DNA of 64,000 nt from Polymyxa betae A26-41 (lineage: Eukaryota > Protista > Endomyxa: Phytomyxea), in assembly GCA_003693705.1 (NCBI GenBank), contig RBZT01000500.1:1-64000 (forward strand). The letters run 5' to 3'. The translations under genes and the position numbers were made by a program. Below, piece by piece: positions 61,532 through 64,000 of this stretch. Numbering within the stretch: position 1 is the stretch's first letter; the number at the start of each line of letters is the position of its first letter. The notes beneath the pieces are model-generated. The model made no database searches. It had not been told where the DNA came from and saw only the letters and a list, made by a program, of their open reading frames with translations.

Positions 61532-62401
61532 ATGAAGAAATACCAGACGTACGAGTATCCGTGTAAGATCCAGTTCAAAGGGAAAGAAACCGACAAGGTC
61601 AAAGCATCCTGGATGAAGAACATTGGGACCAAGCCGCGAATTATTCACAGTGAATACGGCAGCCCATACGAATGCTATTTTCAAGAACCTTCTCTTCGAA
61701 AGGGCCAAAACGGCGCCGTTGTGATGACTGTAAAAGCGATCGCCAATCGTCGTCGCGACATCCCTACATTGCGCGACATCGCCCAGACGCAAAAGCCACC
61801 CGAGCCACGTGAAGAGATCAGCGCCCTGAAGAAGGATGAATACAAAGTAGTGCGATCACATTGGGCCACATCGAAATGCGGGACATGCCGCGACAGAATT
61901 CTGCCGGGGCAGATGATCGCTAGAAAGGAAATGAGGAAACGCGCTGATTCCGACCACGGTTGGAGCCATATTCATTGTCTGGCATTAGAGATGAGGATTG
62001 GTAAGGCAAAGCAAGCCAGTACGACGAAAAAGCGAGCCAGTACTACGAAAAAGCGAGGCCGGCCTAGGAAGGTTGAAGAAGCCACTGCTATTAAAAGTGA
62101 AGCGTCTCGTAAACGAAGCGCGTCCGCAAGAACCAGAAAAAACGAAGAAATCCAGGAGACGAATGGAAAGGTAACCCGAGGTCGGAAAAGGAAGGCGATC
62201 GAGGAACCAAGAGCGACGAAACGCGTCAGGAAACGGAAGACGACCGAAGGCGGCAAAGAAGTTTCTAGAAAGCAAACCCTTAAGAAGAAGACCGTTCCGG
62301 CTAACAACGTCACAACTGGTGGCGACCAAGTCCAAGTCGATGGCGCCAATACGACCATCGATACCAATAGCGACAGAAAAAGTCAAAAGAAATCCGCCTG
62401 A
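61532..62401 (+). CDS. Intronless basic nuclear protein with PARP-type Zn-finger-like motif and AT-hook
   Basis: SKCGTCRDRI...WSHIHC (C-x2-C...H-x2-C), KKRGRPRK, Lys/Arg-rich tail. Confidence 0.7.
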   Translation: MKKYQTYEYPCKIQFKGKETDKVKASWMKNIGTKPRIIHSEYGSPYECYFQEPSLRKGQNGAVVMTVKAIANRRRDIPTLRDIAQTQKPPEPREEISALKKDEYKVVRSHWATSKCGTCRDRILPGQMIARKEMRKRADSDHGWSHIHCLALEMRIGKAKQASTTKKRASTTKKRGRPRKVEEATAIKSEASRKRSASARTRKNEEIQETNGKVTRGRKRKAIEEPRATKRVRKRKTTEGGKEVSRKQTLKKKTVPANNVTTGGDQVQVDGANTTIDTNSDRKSQKKSA

Positions 62402-62409
62402 AATCACGA

Positions 62410-63624
62410 ATGGAATTCATCGATAAGCGCCATGAGGGGCGACGTAACAGGACAAATAAACCGAAAACTTTGACTGCAAATTTGAATTTGATGGCGTCGG
62501 CGGAATTCCGAGAGCGTGTGAATATTGAGGTCGCAGCAGGTCGTTCTGACCAATCTCCGCAGACCCGATTCGAGGGCGACCTGATGAGCGTCGATGATAC
62601 CCAGGTCCAGGACGTGATGGGGCGTCTGCTCACGCAGGTCGCCGGCCGCTACGACGATGACATGGAGCGCGATGCGATCGCTGCCAGCCTCGACCTGGAT
62701 GGTCTCAGCAAGACCGCTCGCAAGAAAGCCATCAATCGCGAGCTGCGCCGCCTGCAGTTCCAGGAGAATCGCAAACAGGAGAAAAGTCGCGCCCAGAAAC
62801 GCAGCCGAGAACGAAATCGGGCGGTTTGGGAAGAGCGTCGCGAGCTGGTCGAATCCGGGAAGAGTACGTAACGCCGTACTCGCCCAGGTCGCTGCTGTAT
62901 TGACCCGACCAAATCAGTGACGGAAGCCGAAGCGTTAGCCGACGCTGTTGCCAACGACACCGGGCGGGTTTCGAAGAAGGTGCGCCTGGAGAGGCATCAG
63001 CGTCTGCAGGACGCTTTCAACAGCGACGAGACGCAGCGCATCGTGATCGACTGCGCCTTCGACGATGTCATGACCGAGAAGGAGCTGATCTCGTTTCGTC
63101 ATCAGATCCGTCTGCTATGTAACATTACAAACCCTAACCCTAGGACCTCGCTAATTGGAAACCGTGCAGATGGTTCGAACAAGCGTGCCGATACGCCCGT
63201 CAAGCTGTACCTGACGGGCATGAGCGACGAAGCCGTGGCGGCATTCGCCCCGGAGACCCAACAATGGCTCCTGCATCAGTCCACACAGAACTACACCGAA
63301 CTGTTCCCGCTCCAGGATCTCGTCTACCTCACAGCTGATGCCGACCAGACCGTGGACGTCCTGGATCCCGCCAAGGTTTACATCATCGGCGGCCTCGTTG
63401 ATCACAATCGCCTGAAAGGCATCTGTCACGAGAAGGCTGTCGGGCAGGGCGTCGCCGTCCGTAGCTTGCCAATTTCCGAATATCTCGAAGGCAGCACAAG
63501 GCGCGTCCTAACCGTTAACCAGACCTTCGACATCCTGGTTCAGTACGGTTCGGGTCACGATTGGCGCCTGGCATTCGAGCGCGTAATACCGGCTCGGAAA
63601 GGGTTCAAAGCGAAGACCTCGTAA
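62410..63624 (+). CDS. TRM10: tRNA (guanine-N1)-methyltransferase Trm10/TRMT10
   Basis: IVIDCAFDDVM, LLYGSNKR (after intron 63119-63169), LVYLTAD, YIIGGLVDHNRLKG, LPISEY, VLTVNQ, VIPARK. Confidence 0.93.
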
Positions 63625-63700
63625 AACACATTTTTCTTTGTAATCAATCGATATAATTTTAATAGAAACGACTGTATGATTGAGGGCGGATGGGGTGTTA

Positions 63701-64000
63701 TTATTCAGTCGAGGCCATGGTCGCGTCGCTCCTGGCTTGGTCGACAAGCGGCTGCTGTGGCGATACGTCAAGTGTGTCATATGGCGAAGCGATGTAGTAG
63801 ACACCGGGTGCGGCGGCCATCATATCCGCAGGGTAGCCATATTCGTACATAGATGGGGTGTTGGGGTCTTCCATCATGACCCCATCATATGACATCCAGT
63901 AACCCATGGAGGCCGGGTCCACCTCACTAGGATACACCATTGGGGTCGTGGGGTGTTCCTCTGTAGTAGGCAGTTGAAATTCTTGCGCTTCTGGGTTCAT
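63701..64000 (-). CDS. 3' end of a gene with a PAM2-like motif (partial)
   Basis: MNPEAQEFQLP matches the PAM2 consensus (LNPxAxEFxP), followed by a Pro/Tyr-rich tail. Confidence 0.5.
   Translation of the reverse strand: MNPEAQEFQLPTTEEHPTTPMVYPSEVDPASMGYWMSYDGVMMEDPNTPSMYEYGYPADMMAAAPGVYYIASPYDTLDVSPQQPLVDQARSDATMASTE

Overview
Gene-dense eukaryotic genomic DNA with many short (~45-60 nt) GT-AG introns and short intergenic spacers. Flagellar genes plus secreted effector-like genes suggest a flagellated protist; a plasmodiophorid-like plant parasite is my inference, not shown by the sequence. About 35 protein-coding genes can be reconstructed by hand-splicing. Housekeeping genes include a DOCK GEF, thiamine pyrophosphokinase, SEL1L/Hrd3, MED14, PRMT1, PP2C, INTS4, ATM1/ABCB7, PSMA2, WDR60 and TRM10. 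There is one tRNA-Arg(UCU) and several repeats. The standout is a single multi-exon gene (56732-61178) that appears to fuse an ACC-synthase/GliI-like PLP domain, an Egt1/EgtB-type sulfoxide synthase and an EgtD histidine methyltransferase, i.e. a candidate one-polypeptide ergothioneine pathway, with an unusual back-to-back intron pair at the first junction. Other notable items: a cluster of four His/Asp-rich secreted proteins sharing a conserved core; a convergent pair of expansin-like DPBB secreted proteins; a 3xNDK-Dpy30-2xAK fusion with a possible internal mitochondrial isoform; and a rearranged island (intronless chromodomain gene, ~287-bp tandem duplication, captured EgtD fragment). Multi-exon coordinates are first-to-last coding base from manual splicing and are approximate where stated.
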